A stretch of DNA of 64,000 nt, taken from NCBI GenBank assembly GCA_963740835.1, contig CAVUFH010000004.1, positions 9,567 to 73,566 of the forward strand, given 5' to 3'. The notes beneath the pieces are model-generated. The model was not told the origin of the DNA. It saw only the letters and a list, made by a program, of their open reading frames with translations, and did not search any database. Positions 52,935 through 64,000 of this stretch are shown here, one piece after another; position 1 is the stretch's first letter, and every line of letters begins with the position of its first letter. The DNA comes from an uncultured Actinomycetes bacterium (GTDB taxonomy: Bacteria; Actinomycetota; Acidimicrobiia; IMCC26256; PALSA-610). The position numbers and the translations under genes are program-made.

Positions 52935-53080
52935 GAAGCGCGCGGACTCCCTGCGGGAGCCCGTCTACGGCTCGCTTCGAAGGCCCTGGAGCCGTTCAGC
53001 CCCAGGTCAGCGGCGCTGCGGCAGGATCTTCACGGAAATTCGATGTCAAGATGCCCAGGCGAGCCGATCGAAGCGGTGAA

Positions 53081-53887
53081 ATGGGAGATGTGACCAACGT
53101 CATCGTTGCGGACCCCGCACCGTCGACGCGCGTGGCGCCCCTCGGCGGCGACACCGCAGTCGACCCCCCGTCGCCGTGCCTCCATTGCCACCCGCCGGCC
53201 ACGCCGGCATCGTTCTACCGGGGCCGGCGCCCGCTGCTGGTCGCGATCGGCGCGTTGTTCGCGTTCCTCGCGGTGTCCGCGGCTATTGCCAACGCGTGGC
53301 TCCCGCTGCGCTGGGACCTGCCGATCCAGGAGTGGGTCGTCGCGCACCGCACACAGACGCTCGACACGTTCTTCCTCACGATGTCGCGCTTCGGGTCGAC
53401 GATGGTCGTGCTCGGCGCCGGCGCGTTGCTCGCCGTGCTCTCCTGGGGGAAGTGCCGCGCAGTGAGCATCGCGATCGTTGTCGCCACCCTCGGCCGCCCG
53501 CTGCTCGAGTCGGTGCTCAAAATCGTCGTCGGCCGCGATCGCCCCGATCTCGAACGCATGGTCAACGGCCATGGCCCGTCGTTCCCGAGCGGTCACGTCA
53601 TGGCGTCGGTGGCGCTGTACGGCCTGGTCCCGCTCGTCGTCGCGCTGTTCACGCGCAGCCGGATCCTCTGGTGGCTCTCGGTCGCAGTCTCGGGCTTCGT
53701 CATCGCGTCGATCGCCGCGAGCCGGGTCTATCTCGGCGTGCACTGGCCCTCAGACGTGCTCGGCGGCCTGCTTCTCGGATCGTTCTTCCTGCTCGGCATC
53801 GAAGCCGTGTTCGGCTACGCGCACCGGATCAGCGGATGCGGCGGAGCCCAGCGGCACGAATCCGACACACGAGCTCGCGCGTCGTAA
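53081..53887 (+). CDS. PAP2 family membrane phosphatase
   Basis: K...GRDRP, SFPSGH, SRVYLGVHWPSDVLGG; start uncertain (53051-53090). Confidence 0.9.
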   Translation: MGDVTNVIVADPAPSTRVAPLGGDTAVDPPSPCLHCHPPATPASFYRGRRPLLVAIGALFAFLAVSAAIANAWLPLRWDLPIQEWVVAHRTQTLDTFFLTMSRFGSTMVVLGAGALLAVLSWGKCRAVSIAIVVATLGRPLLESVLKIVVGRDRPDLERMVNGHGPSFPSGHVMASVALYGLVPLVVALFTRSRILWWLSVAVSGFVIASIAASRVYLGVHWPSDVLGGLLLGSFFLLGIEAVFGYAHRISGCGGAQRHESDTRARAS

Positions 53888-54092
53888 CGACCCGCGCCCC
53901 CTGTTCGACGACGACGTCGAACCACGCCGCGGGCACGTCGTAGTGGTCGTCGTGGTAGCGGAGGCGGCGCTCGAGCGGTAGCCCGGCTACAAAGGCGTGA
54001 AGTTCCGCGTGTGAGGTATCACTCACCAGGTGGGCGAAGCGTTGGCCGTCGTGCTCACGAGGCCAGCGGGGAGCATCGATGAGGATGGCCAC
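53829..54092 (-). CDS. DUF4031 family protein
   Basis: ILIDAPRWP, AHLVSD.S..ELHAF, DHYDVP, GARVVTTREL. Confidence 0.85.
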   Translation of the reverse strand: MAILIDAPRWPREHDGQRFAHLVSDTSHAELHAFVAGLPLERRLRYHDDHYDVPAAWFDVVVEQGARVVTTRELVCRIRAAGLRRIR

Positions 54093-54118
54093 GCCTCAGT
54101 TTCGCAGGAGGAGCAGGC

Positions 54119-54367
54119 ATGAACGACCAAGAAGTGCTCGACCGCATCAAGCAACTGATGGACGAGGAGCAGCAGCTGCGCGACGCGCACGGTTCGGGCG
54201 ACCACCCCGTCGATTCCGCCGAGCGCGAACGGCTCCGCAATCTCGAAGAGGCCCTCGACCAGTGCTGGGATCTGCTCCGGCAGCGCCGGGCGCGCGAAGA
54301 GTTCGGTGAGAACCCCGACGAAGTCGCCGCGCGCGACACCGAGACCGTCGAGAAATTCCTCCAGTAG
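54119..54367 (+). CDS. DUF2630 family protein
   Basis: LEEALDQCWDLLRQRRA...G.NPD......VE.FLQ; AGGAGG RBS. Confidence 0.88.
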   Translation: MNDQEVLDRIKQLMDEEQQLRDAHGSGDHPVDSAERERLRNLEEALDQCWDLLRQRRAREEFGENPDEVAARDTETVEKFLQ

Positions 54368-54391
54368 CCGGGTTCGGGTGCGCGCTCGCGA

Positions 54392-55194
54392 CTACGAGTA
54401 CGAGAGGTAGACCGCGGCCTCGGGGGTCAGCACTGTGAAGGTGAATGACTCCTCGAGGTAGAGGTGCACCGAGGTCGCGTCGTGATCGAGGTACCCGATC
54501 GACACGTCCTCGCCCAGCGTGAGCTCGAAGTCGCCGCCCCGCGTCGAGAGCACGACCGCACCGTCGACGCCGGGCGCCCAGAGCACGGTGCCACCGGTGA
54601 TGAGGCGCAGGTGCTCGAGCACCGGGTAGCCGCCCATCTCGGTGGTCTCGACCACTCCGGTGTAGCAGCGCGGGCCGAGCGCGACCGCGTACGGGCCGGC
54701 GACTCCCGATGTCTGCAGCATCGCGACCGCGCGGGCGACCGAGCCCGGGTAGTCGCGGTACTCGTCGCTGATCGGGACCTTCGGGTGCGGCGTCGCCTCC
54801 GCGATGCCTTCGATGAGGCCACCGGCGTGTCCGTGGAACACGGCGAGGTCCTCGGCGACCGCCAACCGGCGGGCGGCGTCGCCGCGGGATCGAGATCGGC
54901 ATCGAGCGCGCCGCGTTCGATCGAGTCGAGCTCGGCGCGCTCCATCCAGAACTCGGCGCGGTACTCGAGCAACGGTTGCACCGAGCGGATGCGGGCCTGG
55001 ATCCCGGCCGGCGCGTCGCCGACTTCCTCGACGCGGCCACGGGTCACGGCCTCCTTGGTCCAACCGTGAGGGCCGCTCAGGTCGACCAGGCGGCGCGCGG
55101 TCAGGAAGTGGCGCAGCGTGCGGGACGCCTCTTCTTCGATCTGTCCCCACGCGGCCGAAGGTACGGGCGCGAGCTCGCGGAGCAGGTGATTCAT
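54392..55194 (-). CDS. Family 1 encapsulin shell protein (linocin M18-like); frameshift near 54883
   Basis: MNHLLRELAPV...W..IEEEA, RRLVDLSGPHGW, ERGA then AEDLAVFHG, GPYAVAL, GYPV, RGGDFELTLGEDVSIGY, ESFTF. Confidence 0.93.
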
Positions 55195-55571
55195 CGGGGC
55201 GGTTCCCTTCGCAGATCGCCAATTCCGAGTGAGCCGTCGGCGGAGAGCCCGCTTCCGTCATCACCGTGTTCGGCTTCGTGTTCGACGTCGACGATCGGGA
55301 GCTCGGTGAAGAGGTAGGTGCGCAACACCTCGTCCCACCTCGCGTCGTTGCGGCGCAGCCACTCGAGCGTCATCGCCGCGTGTTCTTTTTCCTCGTCACG
55401 GTTGTGCGCCATGACCGAGCGGATGCCGTCATCGGTGGTGGCCTCGACCCGCTGGTCGTACCAGTCGACGGCTTCGAGCTCTTCCATCAGCGACACGATC
55501 GCGCGGTGGCGCTCCATGATCGCTTGGGACAGCAGCTCGATCGGCTCGTGGAACGTTGCGTGTTCGGCCAT
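55191..55571 (-). CDS. Encapsulated ferritin-like protein (EncFtn/Flp) with C-terminal targeting peptide
   Basis: HRAIVSLMEELEAVDWYDQR, HNRDEEKEHA..LEWLRR; acidic linker then DGSLGIGDLR; ATGA overlap with encapsulin. Confidence 0.94.
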   Translation of the reverse strand: MAEHATFHEPIELLSQAIMERHRAIVSLMEELEAVDWYDQRVEATTDDGIRSVMAHNRDEEKEHAAMTLEWLRRNDARWDEVLRTYLFTELPIVDVEHEAEHGDDGSGLSADGSLGIGDLRREPPR

Positions 55572-55612
55572 TTCGCTCCCTTGTGTGCACAGCCGCGCCA
55601 GTTTCGGCGGGG

Positions 55613-55637
55613 TACCCGCGGCCGCCGCGAGGGAAAC
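55613..55637 (-). promoter_or_regulatory. Putative SigF/SigB-type promoter of the encapsulin operon
   Basis: Minus strand GTTT-N16-GGGTA, exact match to actinobacterial SigF consensus, about 40 bp before the ferritin start. Confidence 0.62.
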
Positions 55638-55661
55638 CGGGGAGACCGGGCGGGATAGTAC

Positions 55662-56096
55662 TCAGGCCTCCCGCAGGCCGGCTTCGGCTGAAGCCGTCAT
55701 GATGTGCTCGACCCACCACGCCGGGGCGACGCCCATGAGGGTCGAGAGGTCCCAGTAGTCCCACCAGCGGACGATCACGCCATCGCGCAACTCCTGCATC
55801 GACACGAAGGGCAACGCGGCCTTCTCGCCGGTGGGCCACTCCCAGTGCTCGACGTGCTCGGTGACCACCGTGTCGCCGTCGCAGACCGTCATGCGCACGT
55901 CGTGGCCGATGTTCGCCAACGGTTCGAGCCCCACCCGCAGTCGGGCCACGATCTGCTCCGGCCCGCGGGCGACATCCTCCGGCGGCGTCGGCACGTCCGT
56001 GTACTCGGAGTCGGCACCGAAGTACGACGCGACGACAGCCCAATCGCGCGTGTAGAGCTCGGTCCAGAATCGCTCGACGATCGCTTGGTTGTTCAT
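55662..56096 (-). CDS. NTF2-like / limonene-1,2-epoxide hydrolase family protein
   Basis: IVERFW, Y.DVP, VVTEHVE, LPFVS..E..DG.IVRW.DYWD. Confidence 0.85.
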   Translation of the reverse strand: MNNQAIVERFWTELYTRDWAVVASYFGADSEYTDVPTPPEDVARGPEQIVARLRVGLEPLANIGHDVRMTVCDGDTVVTEHVEHWEWPTGEKAALPFVSMQELRDGVIVRWWDYWDLSTLMGVAPAWWVEHIMTASAEAGLREA

Positions 56097-57307
56097 GCGT
56101 TGCTCCCGACGGATGCCGCCGCGGTGAACCGGACGGGCATGGACTCGAGACCGCTGATGAAGTTGGCGCGGCGACGGGGGAGTGAAGTGGGGTCGGCGGC
56201 GAGCTCGAGGTCCGGGAGGCGCGTCAGCAGCTGCTCGAACATGACCCTGAGCTCGAGGCGCGCGAGCGCCTGACCGAGGCAGTAGTGCGCGCCGAACCCG
56301 AACGCGACGTGCTCATTCGGCTGGCGTTCGACGTCGAAGCGGTGCGGGTTCTCGAACTTCGTCTCGTCGCGGTTTGCCGACTCGTAGAGCAGCATGCACT
56401 TCTGCCCGGCGTGGAGCTGCTGGCCCATGAACTCCACGTCGTGCGTCACCGTGCGGCACATGTTCTTGATCGGGCTGACCCAGCGCAGCATCTCCTCGAC
56501 CGCGACCGGGACCTTCTCGGGATCGTCCTGCAGCAGCCGGCGCTGGTCCGGGTGCAGCAGCAACTGCTCCATCCCGCCGCTGATCACGTGGCGCGTCGTC
56601 TCGTCGCCGCCGACGAGGATGAGCAGCGACTCGTGCAGCACGTCGTCCGGGCCGAGACGATCGCCGTCGACCTCGGCGTGGACCAGCACGCTCATGAGAT
56701 CGTCGGTAGGGGTCTGCTGCCGTTCGGCAACCGCGTGTCTACAGAACGTCGTGTACTCGGTCATCGCGTTCATCGCCTGTACGTACTGCTCGTCGGTGGC
56801 GCTGCCACTCTGCGCGCTCACCATGTCGTCGGACCACCGGAGCAGGTCGTCGCGATCTTCGGGTGCGACGCCGAGCATGTCGCCGATCAGGATCATCGGC
56901 AATGGCGCGGCGATGTCCTTGACGAAGTCGCACTCTCCGCGTTCGCACACGGTGTCGATGATCGAGTTCGCGACATCGCGGATCTTCTGCTCGCTGTCGC
57001 GCACCCGACCGGGCGTGAAGCCGCGGTTGACGAGCTTGCGCCGCTTCCAGTGCTCCGGGTCGTCCATGTCGATCATCATCGGGATCGGCCCGTTGTCGGG
57101 GCGGATGCCGCCCGCGTTCGAGAACGTCTTCGGGTCCTTCGACGCGGCCAGGATCGCCGCGTACGACGCCAAGCCCCAGACGTTGCGCGGCGCGTCGTAG
57201 TAGACGGGCGCGTTCGCGCGCATCCACGCGTACTTCGTCGCCGGGTCGTCGACGTAGAAGCTGCCTTCGAGCAGGTCGATGTCGTCGCGGGTGGGGTGCT
57301 CGGCCAA
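56093..57307 (-). CDS. Cytochrome P450, CYP142-like (steroid side-chain oxidase family)
   Basis: FSNAGGIRPD, MMIDMDDPEH, LILVGGDETTR, EEMLRW, FGFGAHYCLG heme motif. Confidence 0.93.
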   Translation of the reverse strand: MAEHPTRDDIDLLEGSFYVDDPATKYAWMRANAPVYYDAPRNVWGLASYAAILAASKDPKTFSNAGGIRPDNGPIPMMIDMDDPEHWKRRKLVNRGFTPGRVRDSEQKIRDVANSIIDTVCERGECDFVKDIAAPLPMILIGDMLGVAPEDRDDLLRWSDDMVSAQSGSATDEQYVQAMNAMTEYTTFCRHAVAERQQTPTDDLMSVLVHAEVDGDRLGPDDVLHESLLILVGGDETTRHVISGGMEQLLLHPDQRRLLQDDPEKVPVAVEEMLRWVSPIKNMCRTVTHDVEFMGQQLHAGQKCMLLYESANRDETKFENPHRFDVERQPNEHVAFGFGAHYCLGQALARLELRVMFEQLLTRLPDLELAADPTSLPRRRANFISGLESMPVRFTAAASVGSNA

Positions 57308-57331
57308 GGCTCCGCGTTCCTTTCGCTGGCG

Positions 57332-58093
57332 CTATTTGGGGGGCATGCGGATGCCGGCGTCCATCCGGATCACTTCGCCGTTGAGGTAGTGGTTGCGCAC
57401 GATCTCCATCGCCAGCGACGCGAAGTCATCGGGGACTCCGAGGCGCTTCGGGAACAGGACGCTCTGCGCGAGTTGGGCGCGCGCTTCTTCGGGCAGGCCG
57501 CCGAGGAGCGGCGTGTCGATCAGACCGGGTGCGATGGTGCAGACGCGGATGCCGGCTGCGGAGAGATCGCGCGCGGCCGTGAGAGTGAGCGCGACCACAC
57601 CGCCTTTCGACGCCGAGTAGGCAGCCTGGCCGATCTGGCCGTCATAGGCCGCAACTGACGCGGTGTTGACGATCGCACCTCGCTCGCCGTTGTCGTCGGG
57701 ATCGTTCGGGTTCATGCCCGACGCCGACAGCCGCAGCACGTTGAACGTTCCGATCAGGTTGATATCGACGATCTTGCGGAATGTCTCGAGGTTGTGCGGC
57801 GAACCGTCGCGGTTGATCGTGCGTTCGGCCCAACCGACCCCCGCGCAGTGAATCGTCGCGCGCAGCGGTGCGATCTCGGTGGCCGCGGCAACGGCAGCCG
57901 TGATCTCGGCTTCGTCGGTGACGTCCGCGAGCACAAATGTGCCGTCGAGTTCCTTCGCGATCGCCTCGCCCTTCATGACGTCACGGTCGACGATGACGAC
58001 GTGGGCGCCGTCGGCGGCGAGGCGCCGAGCCGTCGCGGCGCCCATTCCGGACGCGCCGCCGGTGACGAGCGCAGTGGTGTGTTCGAGTGACAT
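57332..58093 (-). CDS. SDR, 3-hydroxyacyl-CoA dehydrogenase type 2-like
   Basis: VTGGASGMG, NLIGTFNV, DGQIGQAAYSASK, YLNGEVIRMD; paralog of 52167..52934. Confidence 0.93.
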   Translation of the reverse strand: MSLEHTTALVTGGASGMGAATARRLAADGAHVVIVDRDVMKGEAIAKELDGTFVLADVTDEAEITAAVAAATEIAPLRATIHCAGVGWAERTINRDGSPHNLETFRKIVDINLIGTFNVLRLSASGMNPNDPDDNGERGAIVNTASVAAYDGQIGQAAYSASKGGVVALTLTAARDLSAAGIRVCTIAPGLIDTPLLGGLPEEARAQLAQSVLFPKRLGVPDDFASLAMEIVRNHYLNGEVIRMDAGIRMPPK

Positions 58094-58198
58094 AGCGCCG
58101 GATCGTACGCGAGACGACAGCGCAGCGATGGACGAGACGACTCAGGTGGTCGAACGGGAGCGGAGCGTGGATTCGACCAATAGTCACACGAGCGGGGA

Positions 58199-58726
58199 AT
58201 GAGAGCGCCTTTCGACGGGTTCCCTTTCCTCGTGGTCTGTGTCGAGGAAGACGTCGAGAGCCGGCACGCGGCGTTTGCTCGCCTGGTGACGCCGGAGATC
58301 TCTCGCCTGCACGGCGCGGCCCGCACACTGACGCACGGCGGTCACACCGCCGAAGATCTCGTGCAGGACACGCTGGTGCGTGCCTACCGCGCGCTGTGTC
58401 GCTTCGACGGCCGCCATCCGCGTGCGTGGTTGCTCACGATCCTGCGCAACGTCTTTTACAAGGACGCGAAGCGAATGCGCGCGTTGCCGGTCGCGGACGT
58501 ACCGGTGATCACCGCGGACGATGTGTCCGCAGCAGTCGCATTCGATGACGCGCTACGCCGAGCCCTCGCCAGCCTCCCCGACGCGCAACGCGACGTCGTC
58601 ACACTCGTCGATGTCGAAGGTCTCTCGTACGCAGAAGCTGCGGCAGCGCTCGGTGTGCCCGCGGGAACCGTCATGTCGCGCCTGCACCGGGCTCGTCACA
58701 AACTCCGGGAACAGCTGCTGTCATGA
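58199..58726 (+). CDS. ECF RNA polymerase sigma factor
   Basis: AEDLVQDT, AWLLTILRN, LSYAEAAAALGVPAGTVMSRLHRAR; start uncertain. Confidence 0.9.
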   Translation: MRAPFDGFPFLVVCVEEDVESRHAAFARLVTPEISRLHGAARTLTHGGHTAEDLVQDTLVRAYRALCRFDGRHPRAWLLTILRNVFYKDAKRMRALPVADVPVITADDVSAAVAFDDALRRALASLPDAQRDVVTLVDVEGLSYAEAAAALGVPAGTVMSRLHRARHKLREQLLS

Positions 58727-58983
58727 CCCCGAACGCCACGACCCCCGACCAGTGTCACGAATTCCACGCGCACGGCACGCTGCAGTGTTACGTCGACGGC
58801 GAAGTCGACGACCGGCAGTACTCGCTGGTCGCTGTGCACCTGCAGAGCTGCGGCAGCTGTCGCGACGAGGTCGACTCGTTCGTGATGCTCAAGCGCGCGC
58901 TGCGGCGCCAGCACGTCGCCGACCCCGAAGCAGTCGCCCGGCTGTGCTCGTTCGCGGCGCTGCTGACCCGCGGCTGCCGCTGA
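58723..58983 (+). CDS. Zinc-finger (HxxxCxxC) anti-sigma factor, soluble
   Basis: C...L..YVDGE, HLQSCGSC; ATGA overlap with sigma gene. Confidence 0.85.
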   Translation: MTPNATTPDQCHEFHAHGTLQCYVDGEVDDRQYSLVAVHLQSCGSCRDEVDSFVMLKRALRRQHVADPEAVARLCSFAALLTRGCR

Positions 58984-59037
58984 GCACCTGCATTCAGGCG
59001 CTGGCACCGCCGGCGCGGGTGCGGTCAGAATCCGCCC

Positions 59038-60486
59038 ATGCCGATGATCTCCTACGCGCAGCGCATCGCGGAACACGCCGCACGCGATCCCGAGCACCTC
59101 GCCGTCACCGACGAGCACCGCTCCGTGACCCGCGGCGAGCTCGAACGGATCGCGAACCGCACGGCAAGGGAGCTCGCTCGACTGGGTGTCGAGCAGGGTG
59201 ACTTCGTCACGATCGCGCTGCCCAACGGCGTGGAGTTCATGGCCGCGACCGTTGCCTGCTGGAAGATCGGCGCGACGCCCCAGCCCGTCTCGTCCCGGCT
59301 GCCGAAGCGCGAGCTCGACGAGATCGTGAAGCTTGCCGATCCGAAGGTGATCATCGGCGCGGAACCCGATGAGCATCCCGAGCGCGCGTGCCTGCCGTTC
59401 GGGTGGACGCCTCCGGAAGCCGTGGACGACGGGCCGCTTCCCGATGCGGTCGCCGATCCGTTCAAGGCGATGACCTCCGGCGGGAGCACCGGCCGGCCCA
59501 AGCTGATCCTCGCCGGCGGTCCCGGGCTCATCGACTCCGACGCCAATCCGTTGCTCATGATGTCGATCGACGGCACGCACCTGATGCCAGGCCCGCTGTA
59601 CCACAACGGTCCGTTCGTGTGGTCAACCACGGCGCTGCTCGCGGGCAACCACGTCGTGCTCGGTGGCCGCTTCGACGCGGAGAAGACGCTCCAGCTCATC
59701 GATCGGTGGAAGCCCGACACGATGTACATCGTGCCGACGATGATGGCCCGCATCTCGAAGCTGCCGCAGGACGTGCGCGACCGCTACGACGTCTCCTCGT
59801 TGCGCGCGGTGTGGCACCTCGCCGCGCCATGCCCGCCGTGGCTCAAGGAAGCGTGGATCGAGTGGCTCGGCGCGGACGCGATCTGGGAGCTGTACGCGGG
59901 TACCGAAGCGCAGTCGGCGACGATCATCACCGGCACCGAGTGGCTCGCGCACCGCGGTTCGGTCGGCCGGCCGCTCTCCGGAGAGATGAAGGTCGTCGGC
60001 CCCGACGGCGAAGACCTCCCGCCCGGCGAGGTCGGTGAGATCTACATGCGTTCGGCCGGCGGCATCACGACCTACCGCTACGTCGGTGCGGAAGCCCGCA
60101 CGCTCCCCGGTGGCTGGGAGTCGCTCGGCGACATGGGCAGCATCGACGCCGACGGTTACATCTACCTCAGTGATCGCCAGACCGACATGATCCTCGTCGG
60201 AGGCTCGAACGTGTATCCCGCCGAAGTCGAGGCCGCGCTCGACGAGCATCCGCGAGTTCGCTCATGCGCCGTCATCGGCCTCCCCGACGATGATCTCGGT
60301 TCGCGCCCGCACGCGATCATGCAAACCGACGACGGCAGCCCGATCGACGAAGCCGAGCTCCGCGAGTTCCTTGCCGACCGCCTCGTCCGTTACAAGATCC
60401 CGCGCACCTTCGAGTTCGTCGGCGAACCGCTCCGCGACGACGCCGGCAAACTGCGCCGCGGCGCCCTGCGCGCCGACCGCCTGTAG
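59038..60486 (+). CDS. Acyl-CoA synthetase (BaiB-like AMP-binding protein)
   Basis: TSGGSTGRPKL, PLYHNGP, LYAGTEA, SLGDMG, GGSNVYPAEVE, GKLRR. Confidence 0.93.
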   Translation: MPMISYAQRIAEHAARDPEHLAVTDEHRSVTRGELERIANRTARELARLGVEQGDFVTIALPNGVEFMAATVACWKIGATPQPVSSRLPKRELDEIVKLADPKVIIGAEPDEHPERACLPFGWTPPEAVDDGPLPDAVADPFKAMTSGGSTGRPKLILAGGPGLIDSDANPLLMMSIDGTHLMPGPLYHNGPFVWSTTALLAGNHVVLGGRFDAEKTLQLIDRWKPDTMYIVPTMMARISKLPQDVRDRYDVSSLRAVWHLAAPCPPWLKEAWIEWLGADAIWELYAGTEAQSATIITGTEWLAHRGSVGRPLSGEMKVVGPDGEDLPPGEVGEIYMRSAGGITTYRYVGAEARTLPGGWESLGDMGSIDADGYIYLSDRQTDMILVGGSNVYPAEVEAALDEHPRVRSCAVIGLPDDDLGSRPHAIMQTDDGSPIDEAELREFLADRLVRYKIPRTFEFVGEPLRDDAGKLRRGALRADRL

Positions 60487-60532
60487 TTCGTCGCCCATCC
60501 CGCGCTCGATGGCGGCGCCACGAACGCGCCTC

Positions 60533-64000
<3,468 letters not shown>

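Noticed and set aside
52935-53010. Hairpins after the SDR gene resembling the lacZ insertion (CTCGC..CGAAGGCCC, GGGAGCCC)
   Set aside because: Similarity is short and lacks the conserved termini; cannot be distinguished from a terminator without a profile search.

Overview
Very GC-rich, gene-dense bacterial DNA; gene content (LLM/F420-type oxidoreductase, CYP142-like P450, many acyl-CoA/SDR enzymes, actinobacterial-type AcnA) points to an actinobacterium, probably Acidimicrobiia-like (inference). Most of the window is lipid/steroid and sugar catabolism plus transport. About ten otherwise intact genes carry single-base frameshifts, most likely long-read consensus errors. Notable points: (1) a 73-bp hairpin-forming unit in five tandem copies at 12821-13183, with a related copy inserted in-frame (22 extra codons) in a conserved loop of the GH2 beta-galactosidase at about 61842-61907, suggesting a palindromic repeat family that invades coding sequence; (2) next to tRNA-Arg(CCT), a partly decayed accessory block (about 30.6-42.8 kb) with a complete A/V-type ATPase operon ending in a universal stress protein, preceded by a DosR/DevR-like box and flanked by other DosR-regulon-like genes and gene remnants; (3) a partner-switching module (membrane PAS-GAF-PP2C phosphatase, RsbW-like kinase, two STAS proteins) wrapped around aconitase, with SigF/SigB-type promoter motifs there and in front of an encapsulated-ferritin/encapsulin operon; (4) an orphan DNA adenine methyltransferase. 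No CRISPR array, integrase or transposase was found.
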